From the NCBI GenBank assembly GCA_964016885.1, contig OZ024758.1, positions 33,852,001-33,916,000 on the forward strand: DNA of 64,000 nt, read 5' to 3'. This document shows positions 14,401-26,420 of the stretch, in pieces. Within the stretch, counting starts at the first letter, position 1, and every line of letters begins with the position of its first letter. The position numbers were made by a program, and so were the translations under genes. The notes under the pieces are model-generated. The model did no database searches. It was not told the origin of the DNA and worked only from the letters and a program-made list of their open reading frames with translations. The DNA is from Eledone cirrhosa (lineage: Eukaryota).

Positions 14401-17400
14401 CATGGTACTAGCTGTCAGAAGTAACTCCAATGTTGGTGAGAATTCATTTAAGTTCATGGTATTAGCTGTCAGAAGGAACTCCACTGTTGGTGAGAATTCA
14501 TTTATGTTCATGGTACTAGTTGTCAGAAGTAACTCCACTGTTGGTGAGAATATATTTAAGTTCATGGTATTAGTTGTCAGAAGTAACTCCACTGTTGGTG
14601 AGAATTCATTTAAGTCATGGTATTAGTTGTCAGAAGTAACTCCAATGTTGGTGAGAATTCATTTAATTTCATGGTACTAGCTGTCAGAAGTAACTCCACT
14701 GTTGGTGAGAATTCATTTAAGTTCATGGTATTAGCTGTCAGTAGTAACTCCACTGTTGGTGAGAATTCATTTAAGTCATGGTATTAGCTGTCAGAAGTAA
14801 CTCCATTGTTGGTGAGAATTCATTTAAGTCATGGTACTAACTGTCAGAAGTAACTCCACTGTTGGTGAGAATTCATTTAAGTTCATGGTATTAGCTGTCA
14901 GAAGTCACTCCACTGTTAGTGAGAATTCATTTAAGTTCATGGTACTAGCTGTCAGAAGTAACTCCACTGTTGGTGAGAATTCATTTAAGTTCATGGTATT
15001 AGTTTGTCAGAAGTAACTCCACTGTTGGTGAGAATTCATTTAAGTCATGGTATTAGTTGTCAGAAGTAACTCCAATGTTGGTGAGAATTCATTTAAGTCA
15101 TGGTACTAGCTGTCAGAAGTAACTCCAATGTTGGTGAGAATTCATTTAAGTTCATGGTATTAGCTGTCAGAAGGAACTCCACTGTTGGTGAGAATTCATT
15201 TAAGTTCATGGTATTAGCTGTCAGAAGTAACTCCACTGTTGGTGAGAATTCATTTAAGTTCATGGTACTAGCTGTCAGAAGTAACTCCAATGTTGGTGAG
15301 AATTCATTTAAGTTCATGGTATTAGCTGTCAGAAGTAACTCCACTGTTGGTGAGAATTCATTTAAGTTCATGGTATTAGCTGTCAGAAGGAACTCCACTG
15401 TTGGTGAGAATTCATTTAAGTTCATGGTACTAGCTGTCAGAAGTAACTCCACTGTTGGTGAGAATTCATTTAAGTCATGGTATTAGCTGTCAGAAGTAAC
15501 TCCAATGTTGGTGAGAATTCATTTAAGTTCATGGTATTAGCTGTCAGAAGTAACTCCACTGTTGGTGAGAATTCATTTAAGTTCATGGTATTAGCTGTCA
15601 GAAGTAACTCCACTGTTGGTGAGAATTCATTTAAGTTCATGTTACTAGCTGTCAGAAGTAACTCCACTGTTGGTGAGAATTCATTTAAGTTCATGGTATT
15701 AGCTGTCAGAAGTAACTCCAATGTTGGTGAGAATTCATTTAAGTTCATGGTATTAGCTGTCAGAAGTAACTCCACTGTTGGTGAGAATTCATTTAAGTTC
15801 ATGGTATTAGCTGTCAGAAGTAACTCCACTGTTGGTGAGAATTCATTTAAGTTCATGGTACTAGCTGTCAGAAGTAACTCCACTGTTGGTGAGAATTCAT
15901 TTAAGTTCATGGTAATAGTTTGTCAGAAGTAACTCCACTGTTGGTGAGAATTCATTTAAGTCATGGTATTAGTTGTCAGAAGTAACTCCAATGTCGGTGA
16001 GAATTCATTTAAGTTCATGGTACTAGCTGTCAGAAGTAACTCCACTGTTGGTGAGAATTCATTTAAGTTCATGGTATTAGCTGTCAGAAGTAACTCCACT
16101 GTTGGTGAGAATTCATTTAAGTCATGGTATTAGCTGTCAGAAGTAACTCCATTGTTGGTGAAATTTCATTTAAGTCATGGTACTAGCTGTCAGAAGTAAC
16201 TCCACTGTTGGTGAGAATTCATTTAAGTTCATGGTACTAGCTGTCAGAAGTAACTCCACTGTTGGTGAGAATTCATTTAAGTTCATGGTACTAGCTGTCA
16301 GAAGTAACTCCACTGTTGGTGAGAATTCATTTAAGTTCATCGTACTAGCTGTCAGAAGTAACTCCAATGTTGGTGAGAATTCATTTAAGTTCATGGTATT
16401 AGCTGTCAGAAGTAACTCCACTGTTGGTGAGAATTCATTTAAGTTCATGGTATTAGCTGTCAGAAGTCACTCCAATGTTGGTGAGAATTCATTTAAGTTC
16501 ATGGTATTAGCTGTCAGAAGTCACTCCACTGTTGGTGAGAATTCATTTAAGTTCATGGTACTAGCTGTCAGAAGTAACCCCAATGTTGGTGAGAATTCAT
16601 TTAAGTTCATGGTATTAGCTGTCAGAAGTCACTCCAATGTTGGTGAGAATTCATTTAAGTTCATGGTATTAGCTGTCAGAAGTAACTCCACAGTTGGTGA
16701 GAATTCATTTAAGTTCATGGTATTAGCTGTCAGAAGTAACTCCACTGTTGGTGAGAATTCATTTAAGTTCATGGTATTAGCTGTCAGAAGTAACTCCACT
16801 GTTGGTGAGAATTCATTTAAGTTCATGGTATTAGCTGTCAGAAGGAACTCCAATGTTGGTGAGAATTCATTTTAGTCATGGTACTAGCTGTCAGAAGTAA
16901 CTCCACTGTTGGTGAGAATTCATTTAAGTTCATGGTATTAGCTGTCAGAAGGAACGCCACTGTTGGTGAGAATTCATTTAAGTTCATGTTATTAGCTGTC
17001 AGAAGTAACTCCACTGTTGGTGAGAATTCATTTAAGTTCATGGTACTAGCTGTCAGAAGTAATTCCAATGTTGGTGAGAATTCATTTAAGTTCATGGTAT
17101 TAGCTGTCAGAAGGAACTCCACTGTTGGTGAGAATTCATTTAAGTTCATCGTATTAGCTGTCAGAAGTAACTCCACTGTTGGTGAGAATTCATTTAAGTT
17201 CATGGTACTAGCTGTCAGAAGTAACTCCACTGTTGATGATAATTCATTTAAGTTCATGGTAATAGTTTGTCAGAAGTAACTCCACTGTTGGTGAGAATTC
17301 ATTTAAGTCATGGTATTAGTTGTCAGAAGTAACTCCAATGTTGGTGAGAATTCATTTAAGTTCATGGTACTAGCTGTCAGAAGTAACTCCACTGTTGGTG

Positions 17401-20400
17401 AGAATTCATTTAAGTTCATGGTATTAGCTGTCAGAAGTAACTCCACTGTTGGTGAGAATTCATTTAAGTCATGGTATTAGCTGTCAGAAGTAACTCCATT
17501 GTTGGTGAGATTTCATTTAAGTCATGGTACTAGCTGTCAGAAGTAACTCCACTGTTGGTGAGAATTCATTTAAGTTCATGGTACTAGCTGTCAGAAGTAA
17601 CTCCACTGTTGGTGAGAATTCATTTAAGTTCATGGTACTAGCTGTCAGAAGTAACTCCACTGTTGGTGAGAATTCATTTAAGTTCATGGTACTAGCTGTC
17701 AGAAGTAACTCCACTGTTGGTGAGAATTCATTTAAGTTCATGGTATTAGCTGTCAGAAGTCACTCCAATGTTGGTGAGAATTCATTTAAGTTCATGGTAT
17801 TAGCTGTCAGAAGTCACTCCACTGTTGGTGAGAATTCATTTAAGTTCATGGTACTAGCTGTCAGAAGTAACCCCAATGTTGGTGAGAATTCATTTAAGTT
17901 CATGGTATTAGCTGTCAGAAGTCACTCCACTGTTGGTGAGAATTCATTTAAGTTCATGGTACTAGCTGTCAGAAGTAACCCCAATGTTGGTGAGAATTCA
18001 TTTAAGTTCATGGTATTAGCTGTCATAAGTAACTCCACTGTTGGTGAGAATTCATTTAAGTTCATGGTACTAGCTGTCAGAAGTAACTCCACTGTTGGTG
18101 AGAATTCATTTAAGTTCATGGTATTAGCTGTCAGAAGTCACTCCAATGTTGGTGAGAATTCATTTAAGTTCATGGTATTAGCTGTCAGAAGTCACTCCAC
18201 TGTTGGTGAGAATTCATTTAAGTTCATGGTACTAGCTGTCAGAAGTAACCCCAATGTTGGTGAGAATTCATTTAAGTTCATGGTATTAGCTGTCAGAAGT
18301 CACTCCAATGTTGGTGAGAATTCATTTAAGTTCATGGTATTAGCTGTCAGAAGTAACTCCACTGTTGGTGAGAATTCATTTAAGTTCATGGTATTAGCTG
18401 TCAGAAGTAACTCCACTGTTGGTGAGAATTCATTTAAGTTCATGGTATTAGCTGTCAGAAGTAACTCCACTGTTGGTGAGAATTCATTTAAGTTCATGGT
18501 ATTAGCTGTCAGAAGGAACTCCAATGTTGGTGAGAATTCATTTAAGTCATGGTACTAGCTGTCAGAAGTAACTCCACTGTTGGTGAGAATTCATTTAAGT
18601 TCATGGTATTAGCTGTCAGAAGGAACGCCACTGTTGGTGAGAATTCATTTAAGTTCATGGTATTAGCTGTCAGAAGTAACTCCACTGTTGGTGAGAATTC
18701 ATTTAAGTTCATGGTACTAGCTGTCAGAAGTAATTCCAATGTTGGTGAGAATTCATTTAAGTTCATGGTATTAGCTGTCAGAAGGAACTCCACTGTTGGT
18801 GAGAATTCATTTAAGTTCATGGTATTAGCTGTCAGAAGTAACTCCACTGTTGGTGAGAATTCATTTAAGTTCATGGTACTAGCTGTCAGAAGTAACTCCA
18901 CTGTTGGTGATAATTCATTTAAGTTCATGGTAATAGTTTGTCAGAAGTAACTCCACTGTTGGTGAGAATTCATTTAAGTCATGGTATTAGTTGTCAGAAG
19001 TAACTCCAATGTTGGTGAGAATTCATTTAAGTTCATGGTACTAGCTGTCAGAAGTAACTCCACTGTTGGTGAGAATTCATTTAAGTTCATGGTATTAGCT
19101 GTCAGAAGTAACTCCACTGTTGGTGAGAATTCATTTAAGTCATGGTATTAGCTGTCAGAAGTAACTCCATTGTTGGTGAGATTTCATTTAAGTCATGGTA
19201 CTAGCTGTCAGAAGTAACTCCACTGTTGGTGAGAATTCATTTAAGTTCATGGTACTAGCTGTCAGAAGTAACTCCACTGTTGGTGAGAATTCATTTAAGT
19301 TCATGGTACTAGCTGTCAGAAGTAACTCCACTGTTGGTGAGAATTCATTTAAGTTCATGGTACTAGCTGTCAGAAGTAACTCCACTGTTGGTGAGAATTC
19401 ATTTAAGTTCATGTTACTAGCTGTCAGAAGTAACTCCACTGTTGGTGAGAATTCATTTAAGTTCATGGTATTAGCTGTCAGAAGTAACTCCAATGTTGGT
19501 GAGAATTCATTTAAGTTCATGGTATTAGCTGTCAGAAGTAACTCCACTGTTGGTGAGAATTCATTTAAGTTCATGGTATTAGCTGTCAGAAGTAACTCCA
19601 CTGTTGGTGAGAATTCATTTAAGTTCATGGTACTAGCTGTCAGAAGTAACTCCACTGTTGGTGAGAATTCATTTAAGTTCATGGTAATAGTTTGTCAGAA
19701 GTAACTCCACTGTTGGTGAGAATTCATTTAAGTCATGGTATTAGTTGTCAGAAGTAACTCCAATGTCGGTGAGAATTCATTTAAGTTCATGGTACTAGCT
19801 GTCAGAAGTAACTCCACTGTTGGTGAGAGTTCATTTAAGTTCATGGTATTAGCTGTCAGAAGTAACTCCACTGTTGGTGAGAATTCATTTAAGTCATGGT
19901 ATTAGCTGTCAGAAGTAACTCCATTGTTGGTGAAATTTCATTTAAGTCATGGTACTAGCTGTCAGAAGTAACTCCACTGTTGGTGAGAATTCATTTAAGT
20001 TCATGGTACTAGCTGTCAGAAGTAACTCCACTGTTGGTGAGAATTCATTTAAGTTCATGGTAGTAGCTGTCAGAAGTAACTCCACTGTTGGTGAGAATTC
20101 ATTTAAGTTCATCGTACTAGCTGTCAGAAGTAACTCCAATGTTGGTGAGAATTCATTTAAGTTCATGGTATTAGCTGTCATAAGTAACTCCACTGTTGGT
20201 GAGAATTCATTTAAGTTCATGGTACTAGCTGTCAGAAGTAACTCCACTGTTGGTGAGAATTGATTTAAGTTCATGGTATTAGCTGTCAGAAGTCACTCCA
20301 ATGTTGGTGAGAATTCATTTAAGTTCATGGTATTAGCTGTCAGAAGTCACTCCACTGTTGGTGAGAATTCATTTAAGTTCATGGTACTAGCTGTCAGAAG

Positions 20401-23400
20401 TAACCCCAATGTTGGTGAGAATTCATTTAAGTTCATGGTATTAGCTGTCAGAAGTCACTCCAACGTTGGTGAGAATTCATTTAAGTTCATGGTATTAGCT
20501 GTCAGAAGTAACTCCACTGTTGGTGAGAATTCATTTAAGTTCATGGTATTAGCTGTCAGAAGTAACTCCACTGTTGGTGAGAATTCATTTAAGTTCATGG
20601 TATTAGCTGTCAGAAGTAACTCCACTGTTGGTGAGAATTCATTTAAGTTCATGGTATTAGCTGTCAGAAGGAACTCCAATGTTGGTGAGAATTCATTTAA
20701 GTCATGGTACTAGCTGTCAGAAGTAACTCCACTGTTGGTGAGAATTCATTTAAGTTCATGGTATTAGCTGTCAGAAGGAACGCCACTGTTGGTGAGAATT
20801 CATTTAAGTTCATGGTATTAGCTGTCAGAAGTAACTCCACTGTTGGTGAGAATTCATTTAAGTTCATGGTACTAGCTGTCAGAAGTAATTCCAATGTTGG
20901 TGAGAATTCATTTAAGTTCATGGTATTAGCTGTCAGAAGGAACTCCACTGTTGGTGAGAATTCATTTAAGTTCATGGTATTAGCTGTCAGAAGTAACTCC
21001 ACTGTTGGTGAGAATTCATTTAAGTTCATGGTATTAGCTGTCAGAAGTAACTCCACTGTTGGTGAGAATTCATTTAAGTCATGGTATTAGCTGTCAGAAG
21101 TAACTCCATTGTTGGTGAGATTTCATTTAAGTCATGGTACTAGCTGTCAGAAGTAACTCCACTGTTGGTGAGAATTCATTTAAGTTCATGGTACTAGCTG
21201 TCAGAAGTAACTCCACTGTTGGTGAGAATTCATTTAAGTTCATGGTACTAGCTGTCAGAAGTAACTCCACTGTTGGTGAGAATTCATTTAAGTTCATGGT
21301 ACTAGCTGTCAGAAGTAACTCCACTGTTGGTGAGAATTCATTTAAGTTCATGGTACTAGCTGTCAGAAGTAACTCCAATGTTGGTGAGAATTGATTTAAG
21401 TTCATGGTATTAGCTGTCAGAAGTAACTCCACTGTTGGTGAGAATTCATTTAAGTTCATGGTACTAGCTGTCAGAAGTAACTCCACTGTTGGTGAGAATT
21501 CATTTAAGTTCATGGTATTAGCTGTCAGAAGGAACACCACTGTTGGTGAGAATTCATTTAAGTTCATGGTATTAGCTGTCAGAAGTAACTCCACTGTTGG
21601 TGAGAATTCTTTTAAGTTCATGGTACTAGCTGTCAGAAGTAACTCCAATGTTGGTGAGAATTCATTTAAGTTCATGGTATTAGCTGTCAGAAGGAACTCC
21701 ACTGTTGGTGAGAATTCATTTAAGTTCATGGTATTAGCTGTCAGAAGTAACTCCACTGTTGGTGAGAATTCATTTATGTTCATGGTACTAGTTGTCAGAA
21801 GTAACTCCACTGTTGGTGAGAATATATTTAAGTTCATGGTATTAGTTGTCAGAAGTAACTCCACTGTTGGTGAGAATTCATTTAAGTCATGGTATTAGTT
21901 GTCAGAAGTAACTCCAATGTTGGTGAGAATTCATTTAAGTTCATGGTACTAGCTGTCAGAAGTAACTCCACTGTTGGTGAGAATTCATTTAAGTTCATGG
22001 TATTAGCTGTCAGTAGTAACTCCACTGTTGGTGAGAATTCATTTAAGTCATGGTATTAGCTGTCAGAAGTAACTCCATTGTTGGTGAGAATTCATTTAAG
22101 TCATGGTACTAACTGTCAGAAGTAACTCCACTGTTGGTGAGAATTCATTTAAGTTCATGGTATTAGCTGTCAGAAGTCACTCCACTGTTAGTGAGAATTC
22201 ATTTAAGTTCATGGTACTAGCTGTCAGAAGTAACTCCACTGTTGGTGAGAATTCATTTAAGTTCATGGTATTAGTTTGTCAGAAGTAACTCCACTGTTGG
22301 TGAGAATTCATTTAAGTCATGGTATTAGTTGTCAGAAGTAACTCCAATGTTGGTGAGAATTCATTTAAGTCATGGTACTAGCTGTCAGAAGTAACTCCAA
22401 TGTTGGTGAGAATTCATTTAAGTTCATGGTATTAGCTGTCAGAAGGAACTCCACTGTTGGTGAGAATTCATTTAAGTTCATGGTATTAGCTGTCAGAAGT
22501 AACTCCACTGTTGGTGAGAATTCATTTAAGTTCATGGTACTAGCTGTCAGAAGTAACTCCAATGTTGGTGAGAATTCATTTAAGTTCATGGTATTAGCTG
22601 TCAGAAGTAACTCCACTGTTGGTGAGAATTCATTTAAGTTCATGGTATTAGCTGTCAGAAGGAACTCCACTGTTGGTGAGAATTCATTTAAGTTCATGGT
22701 ACTAGCTGTCAGAAGTAACTCCACTGTTGGTGAGAATTCATTTAAGTCATGGTATTAGCTGTCAGAAGTAACTCCAATGTTGGTGAGAATTCATTTAAGT
22801 TCATGGTATTAGCTGTCAGAAGTAACTCCACTGTTGGTGAGAATTCATTTAAGTTCATGGTATTAGCTGTCAGAAGTAACTCCACTGTTGGTGAGAATTC
22901 ATTTAAGTTCATGTTACTAGCTGTCAGAAGTAACTCCACTGTTGGTGAGAATTCATTTAAGTTCATGGTATTAGCTGTCAGAAGTAACTCCAATGTTGGT
23001 GAGAATTCATTTAAGTTCATGGTATTAGCTGTCAGAAGTAACTCCACTGTTGGTGAGAATTCATTTAAGTTCATGGTATTAGCTGTCAGAAGTAACTCCA
23101 CTGTTGGTGAGAATTCATTTAAGTTCATGGTACTAGCTGTCAGAAGTAACTCCACTGTTGGTGAGAATTCATTTAAGTTCATGGTAATAGTTTGTCAGAA
23201 GTAACTCCACTGTTGGTGAGAATTCATTTAAGTCATGGTATTAGTTGTCAGAAGTAACTCCAATGTCGGTGAGAATTCATTTAAGTTCATGGTACTAGCT
23301 GTCAGAAGTAACTCCACTGTTGGTGAGAATTCATTTAAGTTCATGGTATTAGCTGTCAGAAGTAACTCCACTGTTGGTGAGAATTCATTTAAGTCATGGT

Positions 23401-25290
23401 ATTAGCTGTCAGAAGTAACTCCATTGTTGGTGAAATTTCATTTAAGTCATGGTACTAGCTGTCAGAAGTAACTCCACTGTTGGTGAGAATTCATTTAAGT
23501 TCATGGTACTAGCTGTCAGAAGTAACTCCACTGTTGGTGAGAATTCATTTAAGTTCATGGTACTAGCTGTCAGAAGTAACTCCACTGTTGGTGAGAATTC
23601 ATTTAAGTTCATCGTACTAGCTGTCAGAAGTAACTCCAATGTTGGTGAGAATTCATTTAAGTTCATGGTATTAGCTGTCAGAAGTAACTCCACTGTTGGT
23701 GAGAATTCATTTAAGTTCATGGTATTAGCTGTCAGAAGTCACTCCAATGTTGGTGAGAATTCATTTAAGTTCATGGTATTAGCTGTCAGAAGTCACTCCA
23801 CTGTTGGTGAGAATTCATTTAAGTTCATGGTACTAGCTGTCAGAAGTAACCCCAATGTTGGTGAGAATTCATTTAAGTTCATGGTATTAGCTGTCAGAAG
23901 TCACTCCAATGTTGGTGAGAATTCATTTAAGTTCATGGTATTAGCTGTCAGAAGTAACTCCACAGTTGGTGAGAATTCATTTAAGTTCATGGTATTAGCT
24001 GTCAGAAGTAACTCCACTGTTGGTGAGAATTCATTTAAGTTCATGGTATTAGCTGTCAGAAGTAACTCCACTGTTGGTGAGAATTCATTTAAGTTCATGG
24101 TATTAGCTGTCAGAAGGAACTCCAATGTTGGTGAGAATTCATTTAAGTCATGGTACTAGCTGTCAGAAGTAACTCCACTGTTGGTGAGAATTCATTTAAG
24201 TTCATGGTATTAGCTGTCAGAAGGAACGCCACTGTTGGTGAGAATTCATTTAAGTTCATGTTATTAGCTGTCAGAAGTAACTCCACTGTTGGTGAGAATT
24301 CATTTAAGTTCATGGTACTAGCTGTCAGAAGTAATTCCAATGTTGGTGAGAATTCATTTAAGTTCATGGTATTAGCTGTCAGAAGGAACTCCACTGTTGG
24401 TGAGAATTCATTTAAGTTCATGGTATTAGCTGTCAGAAGTAACTCCACTGTTGGTGAGAATTCATTTAAGTTCATGGTACTAGCTGTCAGAAGTAACTCC
24501 ACTGTTGATGATAATTCATTTAAGTTCATGGTAATAGTTTGTCAGAAGTAACTCCACTGTTGGTGAGAATTCATTTAAGTCATGGTATTAGTTGTCAGAA
24601 GTAACTCCAATGTTGGTGAGAATTCATTTAAGTTCATGGTACTAGCTGTCAGAAGTAACTCCACTGTTGGTGAGAATTCATTTAAGTTCATGGTATTAGC
24701 TGTCAGAAGTAACTCCACTGTTGGTGAGAATTCATTTAAGTCATGGTATTAGCTGTCAGAAGTAACTCCATTGTTGGTGAGATTTCATTTAAGTCATGGT
24801 ACTAGCTGTCAGAAGTAACTCCACTGTTGGTGAGAATTCATTTAAGTTCATGGTACTAGCTGTCAGAAGTAACTCCACTGTTGGTGAGAATTCATTTAAG
24901 TTCATGGTACTAGCTGTCAGAAGTAACTCCACTGTTGGTGAGAATTCATTTAAGTTCATGGTACGAGCTGTCAGAAGTAACTCCACTGTTGGTGAGAATT
25001 CATTTAAGTTCATGGTATTAGCTGTCAGAAGTCACTCCAATGTTGGTGAGAATTCATTTAAGTTCATGGTATTAGCTGTCAGAAGTCACTCCACTGTTGG
25101 TGAGAATTCATTTAAGTTCATGGTACTAGCTGTCAGAAGTAACCCCAATGTTGGTGAGAATTCATTTAAGTTCATGGTATTAGCTGTCAGAAGTCACTCC
25201 ACTGTTGGTGAGAATTCATTTAAGTTCATGGTACTAGCTGTCAGAAGTAACCCCAATGTTGGTGAGAATTCATTTAAGTTCATGGTATTA
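9560..25290. repeat. Large tandem duplication: left copy ~9560-18015 (8456 bp), right copy ~18016-25290 (7272 bp)
   Basis: Private SNVs are offset by 8456 in the first part (9568/18024, 11373/19829, 11607/20063, 13154/21610) and by 7272 in the second part (14742/22014, 14918/22190, 16692/23964, 17236/24508). Confidence 0.88.
12241..14716. repeat. Tandem block duplication, period 1238 bp (23 monomers), nested in the left copy of the large duplication
   Basis: Identical ORF pairs 12248/13486 and 12678/13916. Both copies share the TTCTTTTAAG and GGAACACC variants. Confidence 0.9.
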
Positions 25291-26420
25291 GCTGTCAGAA
25301 GTCACTCCAATGTTGGTGAGAATTCATTTAAGTTCATGGTATTAGCTGTCAGAAGTAACTCCACAGTTGGTGAGAATTCATTTAAGTTCATGGTATTAGC
25401 TGTCAGAAGTAACTCCACTGTTGGTGAGAATTCATTTAAGTTCATGGTATTAGCTGTCAGAAGTAACTCCACTGTTGGTGAGAATTCATTTAAGTTCATG
25501 GTATTAGCTGTCAGAAGGAACTCCAATGTTGGTGAGAATTCATTTAAGTCATGGTACTAGCTGTCAGAAGTAACTCCACTGTTGGTGAGAATTCATTTAA
25601 GTTCATGGTATTAGCTGTCAGAAGGAACGCCACTGTTGGTGAGAATTCATTTAAGTTCATGTTATTAGCTGTCAGAAGTAACTCCACTGTTGGTGAGAAT
25701 TCATTTAAGTTCATGGTACTAGCTGTCAGAAGTAATTCCAATGTTGGTGAGAATTCATTTAAGTTCATGGTATTAGCTGTCAGAAGGAACTCCACTGTTG
25801 GTGAGAATTCATTTAAGTTCATGGTATTAGCTGTCAGAAGTAACTCCACTGTTGGTGAGAATTCATTTAAGTTCATGGTACTAGCTGTCAGAAGTAACTC
25901 CACTGTTGATGATAATTCATTTAAGTTCATGGTAATAGTTTGTCAGAAGTAACTCCACTGTTGGTGAGAATTCATTTAAGTCATGGTATTAGTTGTCAGA
26001 AGTAACTCCAATGTTGGTGAGAATTCATTTAAGTTCATGGTACTAGCTGTCAGAAGTAACTCCACTGTTGGTGAGAATTCATTTAAGTTCATGGTATTAG
26101 CTGTCAGAAGTAACTCCACTGTTGGTGAGAATTCATTTAAGTCATGGTATTAGCTGTCAGAAGTAACTCCATTGTTGGTGAGATTTCATTTAAGTCATGG
26201 TACTAGCTGTCAGAAGTAACTCCACTGTTGGTGAGAATTCATTTAAGTTCATGGTACTAGCTGTCAGAAGTAACTCCACTGTTGGTGAGAATTCATTTAA
26301 GTTCATGGTACTAGCTGTCAGAAGTAACTCCACTGTTGGTGAGAATTCATTTAAGTTCATGGTACGAGCTGTCAGAAGTAACTCCACTGTTGGTGAGAAT
26401 TCATTTAAGTTCATGGTACT
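23800..26420. repeat. Block duplication, period 1401 bp (26 monomers)
   Basis: ORF pairs 23901/25302, 24150/25551 and 24796/26197. Shared variants CCACAGTT, ATGTTATTA, GTTGATGAT and GTACGAG. Confidence 0.85.

Noticed and set aside
21127-21864. Minus-strand peptide resembling an LRR motif (ELLLTAN, LxLxxN) or a cadherin linker (NEFSP)
   Set aside because: The matches are only 5-7 residues. The 18-aa period is shorter than canonical LRR units and far shorter than cadherin repeats, and the frame is repeatedly broken by stops and frameshifts.
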